A stretch of 64,000 nt of DNA from Monocercomonoides exilis PA203 (lineage: Eukaryota; Protista; Preaxostyla). Both the position numbers and the translations under genes were made by a program. Of this stretch, positions 13,339 through 27,877 are shown piece by piece (within the stretch, counting starts at the first letter, position 1; the number at the start of each line of letters is the position of its first letter). The stretch covers positions 2,480,001 to 2,544,000 of the forward strand of contig LSRY02000003.1 of NCBI GenBank assembly GCA_001643675.2, given 5' to 3'. The notes below the pieces were generated by a model. The model had not been told where the DNA came from. It made no database searches and worked only from the letters and a program-made list of their open reading frames with translations.

Positions 13339-16300
13339 CCATTTTCCATTTCACAGAAATATCCTATACCTATCATCTTCTTTTCATCAGAAGTTTATTT
13401 TTTTCAATCTATCTTTAATCTCCGCTCATATAAAACCATTTCTTCAAAATTTCTTCCTCTATTTTCTCCTTTTCATCAAATATGAATTGAGCTCAAGAAA
13501 AAAGATTCATCGCTTTCATCTCTTCAAATAGGATTTCTTCAGGCATATCAACATGCTCTTCTAAATTTTCCTTTTCTTTTCATTTTCAACAATTTGCTCC
13601 AGTTTCGTATCTGTGTAATCTGCAGAAGGCTATTTAGGAACACATCCATTTCATAAATGAATTGCTTCAATACCATTTCCTTTTCACTTCAAATGCTTCA
13701 GTTTCCAAATGAAAAGGCCAGAATCATTTTCTTGCTGATTGCATGCCTTCTGATCAGCTTTTCTCGGCTAAAATAGAATCGTTTCCGTTGAAATATAACT
13801 TCAGCTGAAATTTTGTGAGAGAATAAATGATCATTTGTGCTTCTGAACGGGAATGAAAGATGAAATCTGATGAAGAATTCGAGGAGAATTAAAATGAAAT
13901 GGAAATCACAATATATATTTTTCACTTATTGAAGATGGTGCTGAAGAAGAAGATACAATGAAATGAAATCAATTCGTCCAAAAAGCCTTTTTTCATCATG
14001 AGAATAATGAATGAAAAATGAAATAAGATGCGCTCAACAATTGATCAGTCGAGATGAAGGGAAGAAAATGAAGCAATTTTCGGTTCAATTTAGCATCTCT
14101 GCTGATTTGGATGAATGGATGCATCAGAAGGTCGATTGCCCACCGAGAAGGAAGTGAGATGAATATCGCAAAAACAATGCAGAAGTTGAAAAACACCAAA
14201 AAGGAAGAAAAAAAGGCGGAAACGAAGGAGAAAAAAGTTAAGATCACAACGAAGAAGAATGAAAAAAAGGCAAAGAAGAGGCAAAGAAAAGAAATAGGTG
14301 TAATATAGTCCAAAGGCAGAGGAAGACTAGATTGTTTGAGTGAATGAATCGGACGAGGATGCAGAAAGCAGTGAAGAAGAACATGAAACAGAAGAAGAAG
14401 AAGAAGAAGAAGAAGAAGAAAGAAGAAGAAAAGAAGGCATTAAAGATAATCTTGCTTGTTTTGATGTTGAAATTGGAGATAAACTGGACGAGAAAGAAGG
14501 AAGAAGGAAGAAGGAAGAAGATGAAGATTTCGGAGAAATAGAACCCATCAAAGAAATACAATCAATATTTCCGTTTCTGCTTTTCCCTTTCCTCTTTCAC
14601 AGTCCAATCATCAGCCATCAATCCAATTTTCCCCTTCTCCTTCCTCTTCTCTGAATATTCTTCTTCTTCTTCTTCTTTTCCTTCTTCACATTTGAATTGC
14701 TCTTCTGCTATTTCTCTGCTCATTTCTTTCTCATCTCCTTTTGATCCAGTTTCTTTTTCATTTCTCAACTCTCCCAAAAAATTTCATTGCTCATCAGACA
14801 GCAAACATTTTGATGTGGCTGAGTCAAACGAAGATAATCATCCGAATGGAGACATGAAACAGGCTGTGATTGAAGATGACGATGAGAAGGAAGATGATGA
14901 TGTTGATGGAGGAGAAAATGAAGATATCCATAATGGTGATGAAAATGCTGAGGAAAATAAAAGCGAAGAAGATGAAGAGGAGGAGGAGGAGGAGGAAGAG
15001 GCAGTGCATCTGAAGAGTGTGGAGGCGGAGAAGGCATCTGCACACAGAAGCAATCAGATCCTTCACAAGTGCTCCAAAAGGGAATCTTCGACAGCATAGG
15101 CGTGTGGTAGACACTCTCAAATTGTGTGTGAAATCAGACAGAAACAATTGCAATCACAACCACAACTACTCGAATTCGAGATCATATATGAAGAGGAATA
15201 TGAAGAAGAAGAAGAAGAAGAAGATGATGATGATAGAGGAATTTGTTTGCATTCTTCTTGTTGAATCACAACAGAAGCACTGCTGCTTGGATGCTCAAAA
15301 TGAGGCTGACTCCCAACATTCAATGAATTTGAAGCGGATGATGGTGAAGACGGTAAAGAAGGAGAAGATGGTGAGGAATGAGGAGGAGAAGTGGGTGAAT
15401 GGAGGGAATCTGAAGGAAAATGAGATTGTGGTTGTGATGAGCGAGCATCATCCTTCTTCTCCTTCTCGTCCCCTTTCCCAAAATTTCGAATGCCATTATG
15501 CCTACCAAGAAGACGATGTTTTGCTGCTCCTCTCTTCCCTTCCCCACCTTCTTCCCTCTGTTCTCCCAATGGCTGCAGAAGAGGTAGCGTTTCTTCCTCA
15601 CAAAATGACCCAGGCAACTTTTCAGGCTCGCCAAATGTGTCGCATAATTCATCCCCAGTCATATTTTTAAACTGCTTTTGTATGTTCCTTTGGCTTCTGA
15701 GGATATGGGAATACTTTGTTGTGTGTGTCTTTCCCCAAGCCCTTATCATCTCTTTCTTCTTTTGTTTCCTCTTCCTCTTTCTCTTCTTCTTCTTCTTTTC
15801 CTTCGTTATCATCATCATCGTCTTCGATTTCGTCTTCATCAACTTTCATCTCATCTGAAATTTCCTCCAAATTTTTGGTTGATGTGCGAGAATTGAATGA
15901 GAACACACTGAAAAATTGGAACGTGAAGAGGTTACTCGCTCTTGTACCTCTGGGATTGCTAAGATGTCTCCTGTTGCTCGTCTTTGCTGCGCATCCTGAA
16001 GCATTCAAAGAAGGCCATCATGGATATCACATTGAAGGAGTGATCAGCAAAATGCAGATGAAGTTGCAGAAGCAGAAGCAGAAGCAGAAGCCGAAAATGA
16101 AGAAAAACAAGAGAGAGAGAGAGAGAGAGAGAGTTCGCTCAGTCGGAGACATTCACAAGAAATTCACTCACATGTTAGGAGAACACACGTTGCGATGGAG
16201 AAATCTCTCGAAGGTCATCTCTGTTGTCATTCGCCCTCCCCAAACAAGAATCGTTTCAATATTATTATCTTTTCGTCTGTGTCTCCTTCATTCACTGGAA

Positions 16301-16959
16301 ATGGAGGGAAAGGCATCCTCCTTTTCTTATTGCATGTCTGTTTCCCTTCTTTTCTTGCCTCATCATAACATCTCTTCCATTTTCATTTATTTCAGCTGAT
16401 ATTCATTATTTGAATAAATATTTCTTTGTGTCTTTCCAAATAGCAAAAATAGATGAGATCTGGCGCTGAATTCGATGGGAATTCGAATGAAATGGAAATG
16501 TCAACAATATTTTTGTTGGTCATCGAAAAAATCGAAGAAGAATGTAATGGAAATGAAACGAGCTGAATTTGAGCAGATAGATTTTTTCCATCAGTTTCGC
16601 GAATAAAAAAGAAAGCTCATTCATCCAATGATCGCAGAGACAAAGGAAAGGAAATGAAATAATTTTCGGCTTAATTTTCCTGTGCTTCTGATTGAACAGC
16701 TGAAATGCATCAGAAGGTCGATGCCCTGATCCAATACAAAGAAAGTGAAAATAGCATCGAAAAAGTTGGAGAAAGAGTTGAAGATAATGATGAAGATGGC
16801 ACACTTGGTGTGAAAGGACAAATTGCAGAAGGATTTAAAAAAGAAGAAGAAGGTGAAGAAGAAGATGGTTGTGAAGGTGAAGAAGAAGGAGACGAAAGAG
16901 ATGAAGAAGTGGAAGAGGTTGAAGTCAAAGAAGGAGGAGGAGGAAGAAGGCGAAGAAAA

Positions 16960-17041
16960 TGAAGAAGAAAAAGAAGAAGAAAAAGAAGAAGACGAAGAAG
17001 AAGAAGAAGAAGAAGAAGACGAAGAAGAAGAAAAAGAAGAA

Positions 17042-17076
<35 letters not shown>

Positions 17077-17501
17077 AGAAGAAGAAGAAGAAGAAGAAGA
17101 AGAAGAAGAAGAAGAAGAAGAAGAAGAAGAAGAAGAAGAAGAAGAAGAAGAAGAAGAAGAAGAAGAAGAAGAAGAAGAAGAAGAAGAAGAAGAAGAAGAA
17201 GAAGAAGAAGAAGAAGAAGAAGAAGAAGAAGAAGAAGAAGAAGAAGAAGAAGAAGAAGAAGAAGAAGAAGAAGAAGAAGAAGAAAAAGAAGAAGAAGAAT
17301 AAAAAGAAGAAGGTGAAGATGAATAAAAAGAAGAAGGTGAAGATGAATAAAAAGAAGAAGAAGAAGGAGAAGAGGTAGAAGGAGAAGGAGAAGGAGAAGG
17401 AGAAGGAGAAGAAGAAGAAGAAGAAGAAGAAGAAGAAGAAGAAGAAGAAGAAGAAGAAGAAGAAGAAGAAGAAGAAGAAGAAGAAGAAGAAGAAGAAGAA
17501 G
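16960..17501. repeat. (GAA)n microsatellite with compound insert
   Basis: Pure GAA run at ~17055-17283, a compound GAAGGT/GAAGGA block, then a second GAA run to ~17500. Confidence 0.95.
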
Positions 17502-17812
17502 CACCTGAAAATGAAGGAGATGGAGAAGGAAAGAGAAAAGAAAGTCATGGAAATTAATCAGTGGTTTCTCTTTGTTATAAGGAAATTGCAGATAATATTA
17601 TTGCACACACTGACTTGAGAATGAAGATAAAAAAGATAACATAGATGATGATGAAAGCGAAGAAGGAGAAGAAGGAGAAGAAGATGACGATAATGAATGT
17701 ATTGACGAGTTGATTGAAGATTGAGAAATGTGAAGATAAATGAAGACAAACAAAAATGAAGATGCTCGCAGAAATAATTTATTTCCTGTTTTTCAACCCT
17801 GAGTTCTTCTGA

Positions 17813-19036
17813 CAAACAAAATCCTCAAACTCCTCCCTCTCAATCCACTCCTCCCTCTCCATCCACACTCACAACCCCATCGATGGTACAATCATCCCCA
17901 ACCTCAACAGCATATTCACTTCCATCTCTGCCTTCAACACATCTTTTCTTCGCCAAACACGCTCTTCACCAAATGATGTTGTAAAATATAACGGATCTGA
18001 ATCTCATAAATTGAAACCTGGAAGATTGGCTTTTTCTGAATTGAACTGCTATCTTTTTGAATGGTGTGAGTGGAATAATTCAAACAGCGGAGGTAATAAT
18101 AATGGAGGAGCGCTTGATGTTTTTAGTGCAAATGCAAATCTCACAATCACTTCTTGCTCATTCAACAAATGTTCTTGTTCAGGTAGCGGATATGGCGGAG
18201 CATTGTATTGTGGAAGTTTGTTGAATATCAACATTACAAAATCCAATTTCACAAGCTGTTCCGCTTATCGTGGAGGAGCAACTTGTATTGCTGGTCCTCA
18301 GTCAAGTTCTGTTTATTCATTCTCAGAAAACAGAGTTGAAAGTTGCTCAATAAAAGGCAATATTGGAACTGGTTGGTATTTTGCTCTCGATAATATGCCA
18401 TCTGATGCAAAATTCTTGTTCAAAAATTGCTCCTGCATTGCAAATACCGGAGGTGATGCTGCTGGAGCAGTCACATTCAATTGGCATCCACCACAAAAAC
18501 CAAAACAGTGCTTGCTCCAAGAGTGCCAGTTCATAAACAACAAAGTCGAAAATCCAACAACCTATGGTGGTGCTGCGTTGTGTTGCACCAAAACATATGA
18601 TTGGATGAATAATGTTAAATTCATAACATTCTGTTTCTTCGATGGAAACACAGCAACTAATGGCAGAGGAAACGATGTGTTTTTCAATGGAAGCAGCATC
18701 ACCCAATCACCATTTGAGAATTGTGGATCAACAACTCCAACAAAAAGAGTGTGGAATAATGGAACAGCAGACAATGAAACTTTCAATGGCTGGCTCCCCC
18801 TCATCGCCCAGAACAAAATCGTTGCAAATGGTGGAACTGATGCTGATGCCTGTGGCAGACCCCAACATACCCCATGTGCCACCATCGAGTATGCCCTCAA
18901 CGGCTTCATTTCTCTCCTCCAAGACGCATCTCTCACCCTCCTTTCCTCAACATTTGTTCCAACTCAAACACTCACATCCAGCGCGGTTGACACTAAAATC
19001 ACAGGAAATGATGAAATTTTTGTAATCTCCTTGTAA
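17813..19036 (+). pseudogene. Beta-helix surface-protein cassette C4
   Basis: Frame opens right after TGA at 17810-17812 (QTKSSNSSLSIHSSLSIHTHNPIDG...). No ATG until deep in the core; ends AVDTKITGN. Confidence 0.78.
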
Positions 19037-20229
19037 TTTCATTCCATTTATTTTGAATATATTCCATGTAATATCAATATTCATGAACTTTCATCTTCTT
19101 TTCATTTGAAGTCTATATCACCACTTATTTTTTCAAAATCCTAACCATCCGCTCAGATAAAAACATTTCTTCAAAATTTCTTCATCCAATTTCTCCTTTT
19201 CATCAAAGGCAAATTCAGCTTGTTGCTTTACATCATCTATTTCATCTCTCAAATAGCATTTCTTCAATCTTATCAGAAAGCTCTTCAAAGCATTAATTTC
19301 CTCAACATTCCGATTTCAACTTGTTCGTGTCCGATTAGCGCAACCACCTCTTTGAAATTTTCCTTTAAATAAGCCTTTTCCTCAAAATTGCTCTCCCTTA
19401 TCGTTTCATTTCCTGCAATTCACGTGGTTTTGATGTTGTGTGACCTGTCGGAGACTTTTTTGGAACCCATCCATTTCATAAAAGGGTTTCTCCAATTCTT
19501 TTTCTTTTTCATCTGTGCCTCCTTCATTCACTGAAAAAAGGGGAAAAGCATCCTCCTTTTTTGATTTTGCTTCATCTGATCGGCTTTTCGTGTAAAATTA
19601 AGTATCTCTTCTATTATCATATAATTTCAGCTGATATTCTGTGATAAAATAGATATTTCTTTTTGTGTTTCCAAATTGACATCGATGATGAGGCCTGGCG
19701 CTGAATTCGAGGATTGTTTATTGAAACAAAAATAACATCACAATTTTTATTGCTCGCTGAAAAAGACGTTGAAGAAGAAGAAGAAACGAAACGAAACGAA
19801 TTTGAACAAATGGCTTTTCATCACGAGAATCTTGAATGAAAAATGAAATGAAGAAACATTTGACGATCGATCTGCTGAGTTGAAGAAAAGTGAATGAAAT
19901 AATTTTCAGTTCAATTTTGTGGCTCTGCTGAATTGAATAGCATAATGGCATATGAACATCGATGGTCTGACACAGCATGTTGTGAGAGGAAATTGATGAA
20001 GACGAAGCAACAGAAGGCGAAGAAGAAGAAGGTGAAGTAGGTAACGATGATGATGATGAAGAATGAGAAGAAGGCGAATAAGAAGAAGAAGAAATTGGAG
20101 AAAAAGGAGACGACGATGACGAACGAATAGAATAAGTTGATTGAAGGTCCAGATTTTCTGATGAGGATGATAACAAATAAATACAGAGAGTTTCGATGAA
20201 GTTTCTATTTTTTTTCCTCCTCTTTTCGT

Positions 20230-21492
20230 ATGTTCTTTTTACGAACAAAATCCTCCAACTCATCCCTCTCCATCCACTCAACCATCTTCCTCCGCACTCA
20301 CAACCCCATTGATGGAGCCATCATTCCCTCTCTCAACAGCCCTGCCACTTCTCTCTCTGCCTTCAATGCTTCTTTCCTCCACCAAACACGATCTTCATCA
20401 AATGCTCCTGTTGTATATGAAGGAAATGAAACTCACAGAAAATCACCTGGAAGATTGACTTCTTTTGATGAGAACAGTCATCGCTTTGAATGGTGTGAAT
20501 GGAATGATTCAGATGGTGGATCAAGTCGTGGTGGTGCACTTTATGTTGTTTGCACAAACGCAAATCTCACAATCACTTCTTGTTCATTCAACAATTGTTC
20601 AAGTGGTGATCACGGTGGAGCTTTGTTCGCTCAAAATTTATTAAATGCCAATATCGCAAATTCCAATTTCACAAGCTGCACAGCTGCTCATGCAGGAGCT
20701 GCTTATGTTGGGTATCCGCAATCAAATTCTGTTTATTCATTTTCCGATAACACAGTGGAAAGTTGCTCAATAACAAATTGGTGTGGAACTGGTTGGTATT
20801 TTAATGTTTCTGGCCTTTCATCAAATGGTCAATTTCAGTTTACAAACAGCAAGTGCATCTCAAATTCTGGAAAAGATTCTGCGGGTTCTTTGACATTTGC
20901 AAATCCACCAATTAATAAACCAAGCAAGTTTTTGATTGATGATTGCCAGTTTATAAACAACAAATTATCTGCTTCTTCGACATATGGAGGTGCAGGAATG
21001 TATTTTTGGAACACTTATTCCTGGATGAATGGAATAAAATTCATCACATTCTGTTTCTTCGATGGTAATTCCGCAACAAATGGCAGAGGAAACGATGTGT
21101 TCTTCAGCGGAAGCAGCATCACCCAATCACCATTTGAGAATTGTGGTTCAACAACCCTATCGAAAAGAGTGTATAATAATGGACAAGCTGACAATGCAGT
21201 GTATAATGGCTGGCTCCCCCTCATTGCCCAGAACAAAATCGTTTCTAACAGCGGAACTGATGCTGATGCCTGTGGCAGACCCCAACAAACCCCATGTGCC
21301 ACCATCGAGTATGCCCTCACCAGCTTCATTTCTCTCCTCCAAGACGCATCTCTCACCCTCCTTTCCTCAACATTTGTTCCAACTCAAACACTCACTTTCA
21401 GCGCGGTTGATACAAAAATCATTGATAACGATGAACTTTATCTGATTCTCAAATTAATTCTTTCATTTTTCATATCATTGAAAAATTCATGA
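20230..21492 (+). pseudogene. Beta-helix surface-protein cassette C5
   Basis: 420-aa open frame with an ATG at 20230 but no signal peptide. It has the same truncation points as the other cassettes. Confidence 0.7.
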
Positions 21493-24400
21493 TCTTTCAT
21501 CGCTTCTTCAACTGAGATCTATACCACTTGTTTATTTAAAGATCCTAGACTCATCTCACATAAAAAACACTTCTTCTTCATTTCTTCTATTTTCTCCTTT
21601 TCATCAAATGCAAATAAAGCTCGTTGCTTTTGAAAAACATCAATTTCATCTCTTCAAAATGCGTTTCTTCAATCTATTCGAAGGTTTTTCAATTATTATA
21701 TTTTCCTCAATTTTCTTATTTCAATATGTTTGTATCCGATTCACTCAACTGCCTTATTGTTCTGCACTTCAAATGTGCTTTTTCTTCTTAATATCTTTTC
21801 TTCCTCATTTCATTTGCAACAATTCTCCGATGTTTCGTATCTGTGTAATCAGTCGAAGACTATTTAGGAACCCAGCCATTCCAAACAAAAATCGTTTCAA
21901 TGCCCTTTCTGTTTTCATTGCAAATGCTTCAGTTTCCGAATGAAAAAGTCAGATTCTATCTCCGTTTTCTGCTGTATGCCTTCTGCTCCGATTTTGACAG
22001 CTCAATATTGCATCTATTTCTTTGAAGTTTTCATTTTGGTTGATATTCTGCGATTGAACGAATATTTCTTTTGAATTTCCAAATTGATGCTGAAGGCGAA
22101 GCCTGCCGTCCAATTTGAGAGTTGTTGATGAAATGATAAATTCAACATTATTTTTGATATTCATTGAAGAAGGCGTTGAAGAAAAAAAGAAGGATCACAA
22201 ATTTTGAAATGAAGATAGATGCTGTGTGAATGTGCGAACGAATGAGGAAGAATGAAGTTGAAGAAGAAGAAGAAGAAGCAAAATTTGACTGAAGAAGATT
22301 TTGTGTGTTTTTGGCTATGCGGTTCATAACAGGTGTGCTTGTCGCTGAATGATCAGGTGAATTGTGAGAAGGCGAATTTTGTGTTTGTAAATCGAGAAAT
22401 GAGGAAGATGGTGATTGAATGAAGGAGGATTATCGGAAGACGAAGAAGAAGAAGAAGACGAAGAAAAAGAAGAAGAAAGTGAAGAGTGAGAAGAAGAAGG
22501 TGAAAAAAAAAGAAGAAGAAGAAGAAAATGATGATGATGATGATGATGATGATGAAGGTGAAGAGGAAGAAAAGAAGAAGAAGAAGAAGAAGATGATGAT
22601 AATGAATGGATTGAATGAGATGATTAATTGTTGAAAATTGAGAAGTTGAGTGTCAATTTTCATCAACGTAGAATTTCATTGAAATTCTCTTCTTATGTTC
22701 CTTTTTCTTCTGCGGAGGAGAAACATCTGAATCCTTTTCACTTTCAGCTCAATCTCTTTCTCTCTCTCCAACAATAAATACTAAGCACGCGTCAATCTCT
22801 TTTTCATTCCATCTCTTCTTCTTTCGTTTCCCTTTTTTCACTCAAAACATCTTCCCTCAAAAATAATTCTTTGTCAAAGCCCAACGCCAGGCATCTTCGA
22901 AATATCTCGCATTTCATCTGTCTGTCTGTATTTTTCCTTTCCTGCTTTTCTTTTTCTTCTTCAAAGCCACCTAATCCCTCATTCTTTCAGCATTCTTAAA
23001 ACAAAATAATAATTACTTCAAAAAAATAACAACAACAAACCTTCAGAACCTATTTTTAAAGGCAATTTTCTGTTTTTTATCCCGTTGGCACCTGTTTTCT
23101 TTATCAATTTCATTATTCCTTTCGTTTTCGAATGTTTCATCATCTGATTCTCCAACCATCCTTTCCATCAGTTGTTTCTCCATCAAGTGCATCGATTTCT
23201 TGTTCTTCTGAAAAATGTGAAATTCATGCATTTCGTTCAAATTCCATCTTTCTCATTGAAAAATATCCTTGTTTTTCGCCTGAAAATATCATCTCCAATT
23301 TCATTCGAATCCCTTCACCCTGGGCACTTTCCATATGAATTTGCTGGCTCAGTTCGTTAGCCACCCTGCACAACGAGATATCCCGCTTTCGTTCATTTTC
23401 ATTCATTTCCACTTCCTGCCCTGAAAACAACACAAAAACAGTCAACAGGCAAATATTCATATAAATAAAATAAATAAATGTCAAACTGCTCTTCGACTGT
23501 TTTTTGCCAAGCACACTCATTTCCACAGCCATCATCATATAAAAATTCAATCTCTTCATTTCAGCCTCAGAATGGTCAAATTGCAGCACGGAATGCATCT
23601 CCACAAAATACATCGTGTATCTCATTGGAGGGTCTTCTCAGCCCGTACACATCGTGGTGGGTGTCCAGAGGGGTTTTTTCTGTTTTTGGCATGATCATCT
23701 CCTTTAATAATATTCTCAACCATCCAAAAAAGTATTTGATGTTTATTTCGTCAACACCATGCACATGAGGGATATGGGGCAGAGAAGAGATGGAAGAGGA
23801 TTATTTGTGGGAGGGGGTGGGAGTTGGGTGTTTTACGGAATGTTTATATTTCAAGAATGATTTTTGAATGAAAGAAATTCTGAGACAAAGGGGGTGGGGA
23901 AGGATAGGGAGAGATTTGGAGAGGAACATGCAGTACATATATAGAGAAGTGGCTGAGGATGATGAAAGAGGACTGATTGGTGATTGGAGAAATGGAATTT
24001 GAAAAGAAAGAAAAGAGGGCAAAAGCTGGAAAGAAGAGGGAAATTGAGAAATGTTCAAATGGAAGAGGGGTATTTTTATGAGAGGAGAAGATATTTTGGA
24101 AGAGAATGGGAAAGATAAAGAAAAGGAGGGGATTGATATTTTCTGATGATTTTGGGGGTTGAATGGAAGAGGGGAATGGAAAGGAAAATAAATAGAGGGA
24201 TATTAATATTTTCTATTTTTGAGAGGAAAAGAGGGGAAATCACAGAAAGAAAGTGAATTGCCTTTGGAAAAATATGCAATGTTGATTTCCACAATCTGTT
24301 CGTCACAAATTTTGTGATTGAATTTTTCAAACCAATCTGAAGTTTATACGGCAAGCGAGACGTTTTGGCCAATCAACGACTTCATACAAATTATTCTCAA

Positions 24401-25410
24401 CATCATAAATGTTGTTCAACTGTTTTCGCATTTCTCAACTGCATCTTCTTCTTCTTCTTCATCTTCAGATAATTCTCCTTCATTCAATCAACCATTTTCC
24501 TCATTTTTCGGTTTACAAACACAAGATTCGCCTTCTCACAATTCGCTTGCTTATTCAGCGACAATTATGCCTGTTGTGAATCGCATGGCCAAAAACACAC
24601 AAAATCTTCTTCAGTCAAATTTTGCTTCTTCTTCTTCTTCTTCAACTTCATTCTTCCTCATTCGTTCGCACATTCACACAGCATCTATCTTCATTTCAAA
24701 ATTTGTGATCCTTCTTTTTTTCTTCAACGCCTTCTTCAATGAATATCAAAAATAATGTTGAATTTATCATTTCATCAACAACTCTCAAATTGGACGGCAG
24801 GCTTCGCCTTCAGCATCAATTTGGAAATTCAAAAGAAATATTCGTTCAATCGCAGAATATCAACCAAAATGAAAACTTCAAAGAAATAGATGCAATATTG
24901 AGCTGTCAAAATCGGAGCAGAAGGCATACAGCAGAAAACGGAGATAGAATCTGACTTTTTCATTCGGAAACTGAAGCATTTGCAATGAAAACAGAAAGGG
25001 CATTGAAACGATTTTTGTTTGGAATGGCTGGGTTCCTAAATAGTCTTCGACTGATTACACAGATACGAAACATCGGAGAATTGTTGCAAATGAAATGAGG
25101 AAGAAAAGATATTAAGAAGAAAAAGCACATTTGAAGTGCAGAACAATAAGGCAGTTGAGTGAATCGGATACAAACATATTGAAATAAGAAAATTGAGGAA
25201 AATATAATAATTGAAAAACCTTCGAATAGATTGAAGAAACGCATTTTGAAGAGATGAAATTGATGTTTTTCAAAAGCAACGAGCTTTATTTGCATTTGAT
25301 GAAAAGGAGAAAATAGAAGAAATGAAGAAGAAGTGTTTTTTATGTGAGATGAGTCTAGGATCTTTAAATAAACAAGTGGTATAGATCTCAGTTGAAGAAG
25401 CGATGAAAGA

Positions 25411-26673
25411 TCATGAATTTTTCAATGATATGAAAAATGAAAGAATTAATTTGAGAATCAGATAAAGTTCATCGTTATCAATGATTTTTGTATCAACCGC
25501 GCTGAAAGTGAGTGTTTGAGTTGGAACAAATGTTGAGGAAAGGAGGGTGAGAGATGCGTCTTGGAGGAGAGAAATGAAGCTGGTGAGGGCATACTCGATG
25601 GTGGCACATGGGGTTTGTTGGGGTCTGCCACAGGCATCAGCATCAGTTCCGCTGTTAGAAACGATTTTGTTCTGGGCAATGAGGGGGAGCCAGCCATTAT
25701 ACACTGCATTGTCAGCTTGTCCATTATTATACACTCTTTTCGATAGGGTTGTTGAACCACAATTCTCAAATGGTGATTGGGTGATGCTGCTTCCGCTGAA
25801 GAACACATCGTTTCCTCTGCCATTTGTTGCGGAATTACCATCGAAGAAACAGAATGTGATGAATTTTATTCCATTCATCCAGGAATAAGTGTTCCAAAAA
25901 TACATTCCTGCACCTCCATATGTCGAAGAAGCAGATAATTTGTTGTTTATAAACTGGCAATCATCAATCAAAAACTTGCTTGGTTTATTAATTGGTGGAT
26001 TTGCAAATGTCAAAGAACCCGCAGAATCTTTTCCAGAATTTGAGATGCACTTGCTGTTTGTAAACTGAAATTGACCATTTGATGAAAGGCCAGAAACATT
26101 AAAATACCAACCAGTTCCACACCAATTTGTTATTGAGCAACTTTCCACTGTGTTATCGGAAAATGAATAAACAGAATTTGATTGCGGATACCCAACATAA
26201 GCAGCTCCTGCATGAGCAGCTGTGCAGCTTGTGAAATTGGAATTTGCGATATTGGCATTTAATAAATTTTGAGCGAACAAAGCTCCACCGTGATCACCAC
26301 TTGAACAATTGTTGAATGAACAAGAAGTGATTGTGAGATTTGCGTTTGTGCAAACAACATAAAGTGCACCACCACGACTTGATCCACCATCTGAATCATT
26401 CCATTCACACCATTCAAAGCGATGACTGTTCTCATCAAAAGAAGTCAATCTTCCAGGTGATTTTCTGTGAGTTTCATTTCCTTCATATACAACAGGAGCA
26501 TTTGATGAAGATCGTGTTTGGTGGAGGAAAGAAGCATTGAAGGCAGAGAGAGAAGTGGCAGGGCTGTTGAGAGAGGGAATGATGGCTCCATCAATGGGGT
26601 TGTGAGTGCGGAGGAAGATGGTTGAGTGGATGGAGAGGGATGAGTTGGAGGATTTTGTTCGTAAAAAGAACAT
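25411..26673 (-). pseudogene. Beta-helix surface-protein cassette C6 (identical inverted copy of C5)
   Basis: Translation identical to 20230-21492. Confidence 0.7.
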
Positions 26674-27877
26674 ACGAAAAGAGGAGGAAAAAAAATAGAA
26701 ACTTCATCGAAACTCTCTGTATTTATTTGTTATCATCCTCATCAGAAAATCTGGACCTTCAATCAACTTATTCTATTCGTTCGTCATCGTCGTCTCCTTT
26801 TTCTCCAATTTCTTCTTCTTCTTATTCGCCTTCTTCTCATTCTTCATCATCATCATCGTTACCTACTTCACCTTCTTCTTCTTCGCCTTCTGTTGCTTCG
26901 TCTTCATCAATTTCCTCTCACAACATGCTGTGTCAGACCATCGATGTTCATATGCCATTATGCTATTCAATTCAGCAGAGCCACAAAATTGAACTGAAAA
27001 TTATTTCATTCACTTTTCTTCAACTCAGCAGATCGATCGTCAAATGTTTCTTCATTTCATTTTTCATTCAAGATTCTCGTGATGAAAAGCCATTTGTTCA
27101 AATTCGTTTCGTTTCGTTTCTTCTTCTTCTTCAACGTCTTTTTCAGCGAGCAATAAAAATTGTGATGTTATTTTTGTTTCAATAAACAATCCTCGAATTC
27201 AGCGCCAGGCCTTGTCATCGATATCAATTTGGATACACAAAACGTAAATTTATTCTATCAAGGAATAACAGCAGAAATTATATGATAATAGAAGAGATAC
27301 TTAATTTAACACGAAAAGCCGATCAGATGAAGCGAAACCAAAAAAGGAAGATGCTTTTCATTCATTTTTCAGTGAATGGAGGAGGCACAGATGAAAAGAT
27401 AACAATATTGAAACAATCTTTGTTTGGAACAAATGATTGAGGTGATGTCTTTCTTCAGATTTCACAATGCCAGGTGCCATAAAGGGAACGAGAGGATGAT
27501 TAAATGAGGAGAACATAATTTTACAGAAAACAAATGATCGAAGGATAATTCTATGAAATGAGAGCTTCTGCAGTGGACAAAAAAGGTGAAGTGAAAATAG
27601 CAAAAGAAATTGAATGTTTTGAAGAGCTTTCTGATAAGATTGAAGAAATGCATTTTGAAGAGAAGAATAATAGAAAGCATTCCTTTAAGCAACAAGCGGA
27701 ATTTGCATTTGATGAAAAAAGAAATTTGAAGAAAGGAAGAAGAAATATTAATTTCTTAGAGGACGTTAAGGATTTTGAAAAAATAAGTGGTGATATAGAC
27801 TTCAAATGAAAACGCGATGAAAGTTCATGAATATTGATATTACATGGAATATATTCAAAAAATGAAGATGAAGGAAA

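Noticed and set aside
6470-17548. Poly-L, poly-K, poly-E and poly-F ORFs
   Set aside because: These are translations of (GAA/TTC)n microsatellites.
741-25888. Recurrent overlapping ORFs (MAEETM..., MRDASWRREM..., MEERNEAG...)
   Set aside because: These are shadow frames of the conserved cassette 3' flank.
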